DNA of 46,152 bases. Source: Eubacteriales bacterium. Its GTDB lineage: Bacteria > Bacillota > Clostridia > Oscillospirales > CAG-272. The notes beneath the pieces were generated by a model. The model saw only the letters and a program-made list of their open reading frames with translations. It was not told the DNA's origin and did no database searches. Where the stretch lies: positions 1 through 46,152 of the forward strand of contig JAZSGJ010000108.1 of assembly GCA_045532675.1 (NCBI GenBank), given 5' to 3'. Position numbers and translations under genes: made by a program. Positions 20,232 to 28,985 of this stretch are shown here, piece after piece (the first letter of the stretch is position 1; every line of letters starts with the position of its first letter).

Positions 20232-21581
20232 ATGTTTAAATCAGAATATCTTAATGACCTTATGGTGCGTGTAGAACGCCGTAACCCCGGTGAAGCTGAG
20301 TTTCACCAGACTGTGCGCGAGGTTCTCGAATCAATCGAGCCCGTGCTTGAGCAGCGTCCCGAATACGTAAAGGCAGGAGTTATTGAAAGACTGGTTGAGC
20401 CTGAGCGTATAATTAAGTTCAGAGTTCCGTGGATAGATGATAACGGCAATGTAGTAGTTAACCGCGGATACCGTATTCAGTTCAACAGCGCAATTGGTCC
20501 TTACAAGGGCGGACTTCGTTTCCATCCCAGTGTAAATGAAAGCATCATTAAGTTCCTCGGCTTCGAGCAGACATTTAAGAACTCACTTACCTCTCTCCCA
20601 ATGGGCGGCGGTAAAGGCGGTGCCGACTTTGATCCTCAGGGCAAGTCCGATGCAGAGGTAATGCGCTTCTGCCAGAGCTTTATGACCGAGCTTCAGAAGT
20701 ACATCGGTGCGGATACCGACGTTCCTGCAGGTGATATAGGCGTTGGTGCGCGTGAAATCGGATATCTTTTCGGTCAATATAAGAGACTTCGTGATGAGTT
20801 CACGGGCGTCCTCACCGGTAAGGGCATTCCTTACGGTGGCTCTCTCATCCGTCCCGAAGCAACAGGCTTTGGTGCTGTTTACTACACAGTTGAAATGCTT
20901 AAGTATTTCGGCGATGATATCAAGGGTAAAACCTTTGCAATCTCCGGCTTCGGTAACGTTGCATGGGGCGCAGTTAAGAAGATCACCGAGCTTGGCGGTA
21001 AGGTTCTTACCATCTCCGGTCCCGACGGTTATATATACGATCCCGACGGTATAAGCACCGAGGAAAAAATCAACTACATGCTCGAGATGCGCGCATCCTG
21101 CCGTAACAGAGTTGAAGATTATGCTGATAAGTTCGGCGTTAAGTTCTTCAAGGGCGAGAAGCCTTGGGGTGTTAAGGTTGACGTTGTTATGCCTTGCGCA
21201 ACTCAGAACGAGGTTGGAATGGAAGAGGCTAAGAAGATTATTGCCAACGGCGTAAAATATTACGTTGAAGTTTCCAACATGCCCACCACCAACGAGGCAG
21301 TTGAATATCTCATGGAAAACGGTGCTGTCGTTGCTCCCTCTAAGGCAGTTAACGCAGGCGGCGTATCCGTATCCGGCCTCGAAATGAGCCAAAACTCCAT
21401 TCGTTACTCCTGGAGTGAGGAGGAGGTTGACGAAAAGCTTAAGGTTATCATGAAGAATATCTTTGATGCATCCGTTAAGGCTGCAAAGACCTTTGGCATG
21501 GAGGGTAACCTCGTTGCAGGCGCTAACATCGCAGGCTTTATTAAGGTTGCTGATGCAATGCTTGCACAGGGTGTTGTTTAA
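20232..21581 (+). CDS. gdhA: NADP-specific glutamate dehydrogenase
   Basis: The GGGKGG motif and the GFGNVAWG dinucleotide fold are present. The ATG at 20232 lies 8 nt after GGAGGA. Confidence 0.95.
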   Translation: MFKSEYLNDLMVRVERRNPGEAEFHQTVREVLESIEPVLEQRPEYVKAGVIERLVEPERIIKFRVPWIDDNGNVVVNRGYRIQFNSAIGPYKGGLRFHPSVNESIIKFLGFEQTFKNSLTSLPMGGGKGGADFDPQGKSDAEVMRFCQSFMTELQKYIGADTDVPAGDIGVGAREIGYLFGQYKRLRDEFTGVLTGKGIPYGGSLIRPEATGFGAVYYTVEMLKYFGDDIKGKTFAISGFGNVAWGAVKKITELGGKVLTISGPDGYIYDPDGISTEEKINYMLEMRASCRNRVEDYADKFGVKFFKGEKPWGVKVDVVMPCATQNEVGMEEAKKIIANGVKYYVEVSNMPTTNEAVEYLMENGAVVAPSKAVNAGGVSVSGLEMSQNSIRYSWSEEEVDEKLKVIMKNIFDASVKAAKTFGMEGNLVAGANIAGFIKVADAMLAQGVV

Positions 21582-21751
21582 TCAACTTACACAAAGAAAA
21601 AATTCTGCCATGAAGTACGCCAAATCTGCACCTGCATTCAAATCCTTCTGACGCGATGCTTTCACTCGCGCTTCAGGGCATCACCGAAGAGGAGTTCTAC
21701 ACTCTTAAAGAGCGCCTTTTTAAATTGTATATAATAGCATATCACCCAAAA

Positions 21752-21789
21752 GGGTAGCCCAAATTCAAAAACGGGCTACCCGCTTTTTT
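21752..21789 (+). terminator. intrinsic terminator downstream of gdhA
   Basis: The stem is gggtagccc (21752..21760) with gggctaccc (21773..21781). gcTTTTTT follows. Confidence 0.75.
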
Positions 21790-21851
21790 GCGTAGCATTT
21801 GGGTATGAAATAACAGAAGAAAAAAATGACATTTCTTCCATTAATTTTGCA

Positions 21852-21880
21852 TTGAGTCCTTTCTTCTTTTATGGTATAAT
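21852..21880 (+). promoter_or_regulatory. sigma-A promoter (extended -10) for the hydrolase gene
   Basis: TTGAGT (21852..21857), a 17-bp spacer ending in TGg, then TATAAT (21875..21880). Confidence 0.5.
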
Positions 21881-21910
21881 TTTTGTATATTGAAGAAAGG
21901 AAGGTAAAAT

Positions 21911-22852
21911 ATGAAAGCAAGAATCAAGCTGGCGGCGGTAATGATTGCCGCCGCATCAGTCTTCTCTCTGTGCTCATTTACAGCGTCTGCAACAGATGGA
22001 GAGACAGGACCGACAGGAAGTTTATCTTTAGAGAGGACGGAAGCCGTTGCGTTTAACAGATACGAGCTATCCGTGTCAAAAATTTATAACAAAAACACGG
22101 GCGCATATGCGCCTATAAGGATTACGCATAACGGAACTCGTCTGTCTAGTGACGCGAGAATGATAAACGGTGTTCCTTACGTTGCTTTGCGTAGCTTTAT
22201 AAACGAGATGACTGATATGACGGTTACATATAAAAGCGCTTCAAGGACATTTAACGTTCGGGGCGCGGGGTTTGAAATGGACGTAATAGACGGCTCGAAT
22301 GTTATATATGCGAACGGAAGGCATCTGTTTTCAATGACGCCGTCGGTTGTAATGTCAAACGACCGCATGTACGCTCCGCTCGGTAACGTTGCAAAGGCTC
22401 TTGGCTTGGGCTATTCGTTCTCGTCATCATCCGGCGTCATGCTTAGCGGCAGGGTAAAGCCGATAACGCATGCAAGTGCGTATTACGCTGAGGATGCTGT
22501 ATATTGGCTGTCAAGAATAATAAGCGCGGAAAGCCGCGGTGAGCCTCTTCTCGGACAGATTGCGGTTGGCAGCGTAGTTATGAACCGTGTTAAATCTTCT
22601 CTGTATCCTAACACAATATGGGGAGTGATTTTTGATAGGAAATACGGTGTTCAGTTCAGTCCAATAATTGATGGTGCGATATATCAGGCTCCGACGGCAA
22701 GTGCGGTTGCAGCGGCAAAAATATGCCTTGAGGGCTTTAACGTTAATTCATCAACTCTGTTTTTTCTTTATCCGAGTCATTCAACGTCATCGTGGATACC
22801 GAATAACAGGACCTATCTTTTTAGCATTGGAAGACATGATTTTTACGCTTAA
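21911..22852 (+). CDS. secreted cell-wall hydrolase, SleB/CwlJ-type catalytic domain with N-terminal stalk domain
   Basis: A signal peptide is present. The middle region resembles a copper-amine-oxidase N-terminal-like domain (INGVPYVALRSFINEM). The C-terminal WLSRIISAESRGEPLLGQIAVGSVVMNRV matches the Hydrolase_2 signature. Confidence 0.75.
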   Translation: MKARIKLAAVMIAAASVFSLCSFTASATDGETGPTGSLSLERTEAVAFNRYELSVSKIYNKNTGAYAPIRITHNGTRLSSDARMINGVPYVALRSFINEMTDMTVTYKSASRTFNVRGAGFEMDVIDGSNVIYANGRHLFSMTPSVVMSNDRMYAPLGNVAKALGLGYSFSSSSGVMLSGRVKPITHASAYYAEDAVYWLSRIISAESRGEPLLGQIAVGSVVMNRVKSSLYPNTIWGVIFDRKYGVQFSPIIDGAIYQAPTASAVAAAKICLEGFNVNSSTLFFLYPSHSTSSWIPNNRTYLFSIGRHDFYA

Positions 22853-22937
22853 ATTAAAAAAACACTTGAAAATTTGATTTGGTTGTAGTATACTAATATG
22901 CGGTAATAAAATATTTTCCTTGAAAGGAAGAATAGTC

Positions 22938-23489
22938 ATGGTATATACAATCGACGTTGCGGGTGTTAAGAGGGATCTCCCCCTTTGTCCTATATCGGAC
23001 AAACTTAATATTGCCGCATTTATTCTCTTCGGTGACGTTGAGCTTACCGAGAAGTGTGCTGAGGAGCTTTATAAGCTTGCTCCCGAGCATGACATTATGA
23101 TAACCGCAGAGTCAAAGGGTATTCCGCTTATTCACGCTATGTGCCGTCTTTCAGGCAGAAACCGTTACGTTCTCGCGCGTAAGTCGGTAAAACTTTATAT
23201 GAAGGACGTAGTTAAGTGTGAGACACAGTCTATCACTACAGCGGCGGCGCAGACTCTTTACATAAACGGCGAGGATGCCGAATATATGAGGGGTAAAAGA
23301 GTTCTTATTGTCGATGACGTTATAAGCACGGGAGGCTCGCTTCTGTCTCTTGAAAATCTCGTTTTGCAGTCCGGCGGAGAAATCGTTGGAAAGATGGCTA
23401 TTCTTGCGGAGGGTGATGCTATTGACCGCAAGGACATAACCTATCTTGCACCGCTTCCTCTGTTTGATAAAGACGGAAAGCCGATGTAA
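22938..23489 (+). CDS. type I phosphoribosyltransferase (Apt/Xpt-like)
   Basis: The PRPP-binding loop VLIVDDVISTGGS is present. The ATG at 22938 follows AAGGAAG. Confidence 0.7.
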   Translation: MVYTIDVAGVKRDLPLCPISDKLNIAAFILFGDVELTEKCAEELYKLAPEHDIMITAESKGIPLIHAMCRLSGRNRYVLARKSVKLYMKDVVKCETQSITTAAAQTLYINGEDAEYMRGKRVLIVDDVISTGGSLLSLENLVLQSGGEIVGKMAILAEGDAIDRKDITYLAPLPLFDKDGKPM

Positions 23490-23495
23490 AATAAT

Positions 23496-23526
23496 AAAAA
23501 CGACTCGCACTCAGCGAGTCGTTTTT
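23496..23526. terminator. bidirectional intrinsic terminator
   Basis: aaaaacgactcgc, loop actca, then gcgagtcgttttt. The stem is perfect and has A and T tracts on its two sides. Confidence 0.8.
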
Positions 23527-23527
23527 A

Positions 23528-24445
23528 TTATAGAGAATCAATAAATCTGCAGGCTGCAAGCGCTGCAACCGCTCCGTCCGCGGTAGCTGTGGTTACCTGG
23601 CGGATAGACTTTGTTCTGCAGTCTCCCGCAGCGAAGATTCCGGGAGCTGCGCCCTCGGGCAGACAGTCCTCGCCCGATTTTATATATCCGTATTCGTTGA
23701 TGTTAAGCACCTTTGAAAATGGCTCGTTTTCCGGCTTTTGTCCTATTGCGACGAACATGCCGTCGATCGTAAGCTCACCCTCGTCACCGCTTTCGGTATT
23801 CTTTAGTTTTATACCGCGGAACTCACCGTCCTTGCCAATAATTCCGGTTACAACAGTTGAAAAAACAACCTCAATGTTTTTCTTACCATAAAGACGTGAG
23901 GCAAGATTTTTTTCGCCCGTGAAATAGGGAAGATTCTGAATAACGTAAACTTTTTTGCATCCTTCGGAAAGAAGGATTGCTTCTTGGAGAGCTGTGTTTC
24001 CGCCGCCGATGATTGCTACGGTTTTATCTTTATAGAAAGCACCGTCGCACACCGCGCAGTAGGAAATGCCCTCACCCGTGTAAGCTTCTTCGCCCTCTAT
24101 GCCAAGCGTTCTGTGCTTTGAGCCTGCGGCTATTATGACGCTTTTTGACTCAAAAACCGCACCCTCGCATATAACCTTATAGTTGCCCGGCTCGCCGATA
24201 ATATCGGTCACGGTATTAAGCTCGATATCAGCACCCTGAGCTAATGCCTGGTCAAGCAGTTTTTCGCCAAGTTCGCTTCCGCTGATTTCATTAAATCCCG
24301 GATAATTTTCTACCCTCGGTGACTGAGTTATCTGTCCGCCGAAGGCGTTTTTTTCTATAACGAGAACGCTCTTCTCAGCGCGCCGCGCGTAAAGCGCGGC
24401 GGTGAGACCTGCAGGCCCTGAGCCTACTATGATTATATCGTACAT
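23528..24445 (-). CDS. trxB: thioredoxin-reductase-family flavoprotein (atypical pyridine-nucleotide site)
   Basis: GSGPAG (FAD), the redox motif CAVC (24047..24058) and GGGNTA are present. The HRRxxxR motif is replaced by QNLPYFTG (23915..23938). Confidence 0.85.
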   Translation of the reverse strand: MYDIIIVGSGPAGLTAALYARRAEKSVLVIEKNAFGGQITQSPRVENYPGFNEISGSELGEKLLDQALAQGADIELNTVTDIIGEPGNYKVICEGAVFESKSVIIAAGSKHRTLGIEGEEAYTGEGISYCAVCDGAFYKDKTVAIIGGGNTALQEAILLSEGCKKVYVIQNLPYFTGEKNLASRLYGKKNIEVVFSTVVTGIIGKDGEFRGIKLKNTESGDEGELTIDGMFVAIGQKPENEPFSKVLNINEYGYIKSGEDCLPEGAAPGIFAAGDCRTKSIRQVTTATADGAVAALAACRFIDSL

Positions 24446-24448
24446 AAA

Positions 24449-26830
24449 TTATTTTACCCTTTCGGTAAATGCTTTAATGTTAGAAAGGTTAGCAAATTTT
24501 TCAACCTTTCCGTCTGAGATTATAACAAGGGTTGGAGCTTGCTTTATTTCGTACAGCGCAACGAGGTCGGGATTATCGTTAGCCATTAATTTTTCGTATC
24601 CGATACCCGCTTTGTCAAGGAACATTGCCGCAGCCTTGCAGTTGGGGCAGGTGGGTGTTGCGAAAAGAATAGCTTTGTTCTCACACGTGCAAGCTTCCGT
24701 AGCTTTTTCCGCCTTAGCTTCAGCTGAACGGTCGATAGGAGATTTCTTCGTGAGCTTGTCCTGAGAATATACCTTTCTTTCCTTGTATTCCTGTGCCTTA
24801 CCGTCGTTCCAGTTCTGAACAGGACGGTAGTATCCTGTTATACGGCTGTATACCTCGGTCTTTTCTCCGCAATCGGGGCATGTATAAACTTCGCCTGCGA
24901 TATAACCGTGGTTCTTACATACCGAGTAGGTGGGAGAAATTGAGTAGTAGGGAAGCTTATAATTATCGGCAATAGTGCGTACAAGGTTAGCTGCGCTCTT
25001 CCATGAGGGGAGCTTTTCGCCAAGATATGCGTGGAATACCGTTCCGGAGGTGTAAAGGGTGTGAAGCTCGTCCTGCATATCAAGTGCATCGAAGATATCG
25101 TCGGTATAACCAACGGGAAGGTGCGAGGAGTTGGTGTAGTAGGGAGTGTTGCCCTTGTTCTTATCGGATGCTGTGATAATGTCGGGATAGAACTTTTTGT
25201 CATGCTTTGCAAGACGGTAAGCGGTTGACTCAGCGGGAGTTGCCTCAAGGTTGTAAAGATCGCCGTACTGCTCCTGATAATCGGAGAGGCGTTCACGCAT
25301 ATGATTGAGAACTGCTTTGGTGAATTCCTGAGTCTCGGTATGAGTCATATCCTTTCTAATCCACTTAGCGTTAAGACCCGCTTCGTTCATACCGACAAGA
25401 CCGATGGTCGAGAAGTGATTTGAGAAGGTTCCGAGGTAACGCTTAGTATAGGGATAGAGTCCCTCGTCAAGAAGTTTTGTAATAACCTCGCGCTTAATCT
25501 TAAGCGAACGCGCTGAGATGTCAAGAAGCTTATCAAGTCTGTTGTAGAAATCAAATTCGTCGGTGGCGAGGTAAGCGATCCTCGGCATATTTATCGTAAC
25601 AACGCCGATAGAACCTGTGGACTCACCGCTTCCGAAGAAGCCGCCCGACTTTTTGCGAAGCTCACGAAGGTCAAGACGGAGACGGCAGCACATTGAGCGA
25701 ACGTCGCTCGGCTCCATATCAGAGTTAATGTAGTTGGAGAAGTAGGGAGTACCGTATTTTGCCGTCATCTCAAAGAGAAGCTTGTTGTTCTCTGTTTCTG
25801 ACCAGTCGAAATCTCTTGTAATGGAGTAGGTGGGGATAGGATACTGGAATCCGCGGCCGTTAGCGTCACCCTCTATCATCGTCTCGATGAAGGCTCTGTT
25901 GACCATATCCATTTCCTTCTTGCAATCCTTATACTTGAAGGGCATTTCCTTGCCGCCTACTATGGCGTTAAGCTCAGCAAGGTCGTTCGGAACGGTCCAG
26001 TCAAGAGTGATGTTTGAGAAGGGAGCCTGTGTTCCCCAACGGGAAGGTGTGTTTACACCGTAGATAAACGACTCGATGCACTTCTTAACAGTGTCGTATG
26101 AAAGGTTGTCCGCCTTTACGAAGGGGGCAAGGTAGGTATCGAATGAGGAGAATGCCTGAGCGCCTGCCCATTCGTTCTGCATTATGCCGAGAAAGTTTAC
26201 CATCTGGTTGCAAAGGGTTGCAAGGTGCTTTGCGGGAGCAGAGGTTATCTTGCCCGTAACACCGCCGAGGCCTTCTTGGATAAGCTGCTTGAGCGACCAG
26301 CCCGCGCAGTAACCTGTGAGCATTGAAAGGTCGTGAATATGAATATCTGCGTTTCTGTGCGCGTTTGCTATCTCGTCGTCGTAAACCTCTGAAAGCCAGT
26401 AGTTAGCCGTGATAGCGCCCGAGTTTGAAAGGATAAGTCCGCCGACGGAGTAGGTAACGGTGGAGTTTTCCTTAACTCTCCAGTCGGAGATTTTAACGTA
26501 GCTGTCAACTATCTCTTTGTAGTCGAGTATAGTTGATTTTACAGCTCTCATTTTTTCGTGCTGACGGCGATAAAGAATATACGCCTTCGCAACGTCCTCG
26601 TATCCCGCCTGGATAAGAACTGCTTCAACGCTGTCCTGTATATCTTCAACGGAAATGTGATGATCTTTAATTTTTGGTTCGAAATTAGCGGTTACCTTGA
26701 GAGCGAGAAAGTCTATTATGTTCTCGTTGTAGTCTCTTTCCTGTGCGTCAAAGGCAAGCTTAATCGCATTTGAGATCTTCTTTAGATCAAAATCGGCGAT
26801 CTTACCGTCTCTTTTAAGGACTGTGTACAT
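24449..26830 (-). CDS. nrdD: anaerobic ribonucleoside-triphosphate reductase (class III) with C-terminal thioredoxin-fold extension
   Basis: It has an ATP-cone N-terminus, the Zn ribbon CPDCGEKT and the glycyl-radical site SRITGYYRP. About 100 extra C-terminal residues carry CPNC (24638..24649). Confidence 0.95.
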   Translation of the reverse strand: MYTVLKRDGKIADFDLKKISNAIKLAFDAQERDYNENIIDFLALKVTANFEPKIKDHHISVEDIQDSVEAVLIQAGYEDVAKAYILYRRQHEKMRAVKSTILDYKEIVDSYVKISDWRVKENSTVTYSVGGLILSNSGAITANYWLSEVYDDEIANAHRNADIHIHDLSMLTGYCAGWSLKQLIQEGLGGVTGKITSAPAKHLATLCNQMVNFLGIMQNEWAGAQAFSSFDTYLAPFVKADNLSYDTVKKCIESFIYGVNTPSRWGTQAPFSNITLDWTVPNDLAELNAIVGGKEMPFKYKDCKKEMDMVNRAFIETMIEGDANGRGFQYPIPTYSITRDFDWSETENNKLLFEMTAKYGTPYFSNYINSDMEPSDVRSMCCRLRLDLRELRKKSGGFFGSGESTGSIGVVTINMPRIAYLATDEFDFYNRLDKLLDISARSLKIKREVITKLLDEGLYPYTKRYLGTFSNHFSTIGLVGMNEAGLNAKWIRKDMTHTETQEFTKAVLNHMRERLSDYQEQYGDLYNLEATPAESTAYRLAKHDKKFYPDIITASDKNKGNTPYYTNSSHLPVGYTDDIFDALDMQDELHTLYTSGTVFHAYLGEKLPSWKSAANLVRTIADNYKLPYYSISPTYSVCKNHGYIAGEVYTCPDCGEKTEVYSRITGYYRPVQNWNDGKAQEYKERKVYSQDKLTKKSPIDRSAEAKAEKATEACTCENKAILFATPTCPNCKAAAMFLDKAGIGYEKLMANDNPDLVALYEIKQAPTLVIISDGKVEKFANLSNIKAFTERVK

Positions 26831-26875
26831 AAAATTTCTCCTATCTTAAATTCTTCAAATTTTCAGCGTACATAT

Positions 26876-26904
26876 AGTATAGTACATTTGAAGCGATTTG
26901 TCAA
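26876..26904 (-). promoter_or_regulatory. sigma-A promoter for nrdD-trxB
   Basis: Read on the minus strand: TTGACA (26904..26899), a 17-bp spacer, then TATACT (26881..26876). Confidence 0.55.
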
Positions 26905-26912
26905 CAGGAGAA

Positions 26913-26958
26913 ACACAAAATATTGAATTTTTTTCAAATTTAGCACAATATATAGTAG
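26913..26958. promoter_or_regulatory. pair of NrdR-box-like palindromes
   Basis: ACACAAAATATTGAAT (26913..26928) and GCACAATATATAGTAG (26943..26958). Each matches the remembered NrdR consensus acaCwAtATaTwGtgt at about 13 of 16 positions. Their starts are 30 bp apart. Confidence 0.45.
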
Positions 26959-26960
26959 GC

Positions 26961-27656
26961 CTATCCCCTAATTTGTGCATTTGGAACATATGGCTTCAAC
27001 AGTTTCAACAAATACTCGGTTTCGTTTTTGTCATATCCGCTGAAACCCGAGTCAATAAGGTCACCCGAGTCCTCGAAGGTTTGTAAAAAATACTTTTCGG
27101 GACCGCGCAGCCACTTTGCTATAGAGATTATATCATCTTCTGTGTGAAGCTCGCGTACAAGGGTCGTGCGGAACTCAAAATCAACGTTGCCGGACATAAG
27201 GACAGAGACGCTTTCCATAATTTTTGATAAGTCAAAATTCTTGATGCCCACAGTTTTTTCGTAGGATTCCTTTGAGTTTTTTATGTCCATGGCAAAGTAG
27301 TCGACAGCGCCTGCTTTGATAGCTTCGCGTATAACGCTTGGGCGGTAACCGTTTGTGTCAAGTTTAACGAGGAATCCAAGCTCTTTTATATTTATGAGGA
27401 AAGGAATTATATCCGGATAAAGCGATGGCTCACCTCCGCTCACGCAAATTCCCTCGATCATTCCACGGCGTTTTTTCAGAAAAGCAAAAAAGTCCTCTTC
27501 GGAAAGCGTTGGACTTTCGCTGAGTCTTTCTCCGAGAACGAGAGAGGCGTTGTGGCAGAAAGGACAACGGAAATTACATCCGCCCGCAAAAACGGTGCAG
27601 GCTATTTTCCCGGGAAAGTCAAGAAGCGTCAACTTTTGCAAACCTTTTAATATCAT
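26961..27656 (-). CDS. nrdG: anaerobic ribonucleotide reductase activating protein (radical SAM)
   Basis: The CNFRCPFCHN cluster and the GGEP motif are present. The ATG at 27656 follows AAAGGA. The ORF extends to 27698, but that start has no RBS. Confidence 0.9.
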   Translation of the reverse strand: MILKGLQKLTLLDFPGKIACTVFAGGCNFRCPFCHNASLVLGERLSESPTLSEEDFFAFLKKRRGMIEGICVSGGEPSLYPDIIPFLINIKELGFLVKLDTNGYRPSVIREAIKAGAVDYFAMDIKNSKESYEKTVGIKNFDLSKIMESVSVLMSGNVDFEFRTTLVRELHTEDDIISIAKWLRGPEKYFLQTFEDSGDLIDSGFSGYDKNETEYLLKLLKPYVPNAQIRG

Positions 27657-27758
27657 AAGCTTTTTCCTTTCGTATTGCGATTTTATATATTTTACCATAA
27701 ATAGAAAAATAATTCAATCAAAAAAGAAAAAATAAAGTAAAAAATGACGAATTTTTGC

Positions 27759-27787
27759 GTGTAAATTTCTCCCCCCGTGGTAATACT
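27759..27787 (+). promoter_or_regulatory. forespore (SigF/SigG-type) promoter candidate for sigG
   Basis: GTGTA (27759..27763), a 15-bp spacer, then GGTAATACT (27779..27787). This resembles the SigF pattern GYWTA-15-GGnnAnAHT. Confidence 0.35.
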
Positions 27788-27822
27788 TCTATCATAACAA
27801 AAAAACAGCTTCGGGGGTATTT

Positions 27823-28599
27823 ATGAGAATAAACAAGGTTGAAATCTGCGGAGTTGACACATCAGAGCTTAAGACGCTTTCAGAGGAGCGCAAAAGGGAG
27901 CTATTGAAGCTTTCAAAGGCAGGTGACAAAAAGGCGCGGGAGGAGCTTATAGTCGGAAATCTCAGACTCGTACTAAGTATTATACAAAGATTTAATCCAA
28001 AGGGAGACAGCGCAAACGATCTTTTCCAGGTCGGATGCATAGGACTTATAAAATCGATAGATAACTTTAACTTAGACTTCGACGTTAAGTTTTCTACGTA
28101 TGCCGTGGCAATGATAATAGGTGAGATAAGAAGGTATCAGAGAGACAATAATTCTGTCAGAATTTCGCGTTCGATACGTGACCTTGCATACAGAGCGCTT
28201 CAGATAAAGGAGGAGATATCGAGAGGGGAGCAAAGAGAAGCGACTATAAAGGAAATTGCCGAAAAGCTTGGCGAAACCGAGAAGGCGGTAGGTGAGGCAA
28301 TGGAAGCGATAGTCGAGCCCGTGTCACTTTATGAGTCGGTATATAACGACGGAGAGGACTCTGTATACGTTATAGACAAGCTCACCGAAGACGGTGATAC
28401 GGGTGATGAATGGGTTGAAAGCATAAGCCTTAAAGACGCTCTTAAAAGGCTTAACGAGCGCGAGCTTGGCATCATTACCCGCCGCTTCTATAAGGGAAAG
28501 ACACAAATGGAGATAGCCGACGAGATAGGAATCTCGCAGGCGCAGGTCTCGCGAATCGAAAAAGGCGCGATTGACAAGCTCCGAAAATATATGAGTTAA
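27823..28599 (+). CDS. sigG: sporulation sigma factor SigG
   Basis: NKVEICGVDTS...GNLRLVLSIIQRFN...DLFQVGCIGLIKSIDNF...KFSTYAVAMIIGEIRRY...GISQAQVSRIEK is near-colinear with my memory of B. subtilis SigG and matches it better than SigF. Confidence 0.85.
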   Translation: MRINKVEICGVDTSELKTLSEERKRELLKLSKAGDKKAREELIVGNLRLVLSIIQRFNPKGDSANDLFQVGCIGLIKSIDNFNLDFDVKFSTYAVAMIIGEIRRYQRDNNSVRISRSIRDLAYRALQIKEEISRGEQREATIKEIAEKLGETEKAVGEAMEAIVEPVSLYESVYNDGEDSVYVIDKLTEDGDTGDEWVESISLKDALKRLNERELGIITRRFYKGKTQMEIADEIGISQAQVSRIEKGAIDKLRKYMS

Positions 28600-28611
28600 A
28601 TAACCGGATGC

Positions 28612-28639
28612 AAAAAAGCCGACACGTGTCGGCTTTTTT
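28612..28639. terminator. bidirectional intrinsic terminator between sigG and the convergent XRE gene
   Basis: aaaaaagccgac, loop acgt, then gtcggctttttt. The palindrome is perfect. Confidence 0.8.
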
Positions 28640-28643
28640 GCAT

Positions 28644-28916
28644 TTAAATCCGTTTTAATTCGTCGAGCTCCTTTTGAATCCTTGTAATAACCTGCAATCT
28701 TTTTTCATCAGAAGATACGTCAAGTCTTGTTCTGCATACAAGATAATCGATGGAAACATTAAAAAAATCGGCGAATTTTATCAGCGCGTATGCATCGGGA
28801 ACGGTTTTTCCGGTCTCGTAGTTTGAAATTGTCCGTTGGTCGATGCCGGTCTCTCTCGCAAGGTCGCTTTGGCGAAGGTCTCTGTCTTCGCGTAAATCCT
28901 TGATTCTCGTAGTCAT
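28644..28916 (-). CDS. XRE-family HTH regulator, divergent from the SipW locus
   Basis: 90 aa. LRQSDLARETGIDQRTISNYETGKTVP is the HTH. A short helical C-terminal tail follows. Confidence 0.85.
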   Translation of the reverse strand: MTTRIKDLREDRDLRQSDLARETGIDQRTISNYETGKTVPDAYALIKFADFFNVSIDYLVCRTRLDVSSDEKRLQVITRIQKELDELKRI

Positions 28917-28985
28917 TTCCTTTCTCCTAATTTATTCCAATTTTAAAGTTATACTGAATTTTACCATAAAATTTCTAAAAACATC

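Noticed and set aside
20583-21392. A 269-aa ORF antisense to gdhA. Similar long antisense ORFs occur at 13626..14252, 29560..30267, 7053..7619, 8834..9376, 12205..12669, 24838..25296 and 41391..41861.
   Set aside because: Each lies entirely within, and opposite to, a gene with an unmistakable conserved product. None has a recognisable RBS or family signature. Their composition is what is expected from reading a coding strand backwards.
21582-21751. Gene-like fragments between the gdhA stop and its terminator: a 13-codon MKYAKSAPAFKSF ORF and a frame reading LSLALQGITEEEFYTLKERLFKL.
   Set aside because: They are too short and interrupted to call. This may be the relic of a small regulator's C-terminus, but I cannot support a family assignment from about 25 residues.
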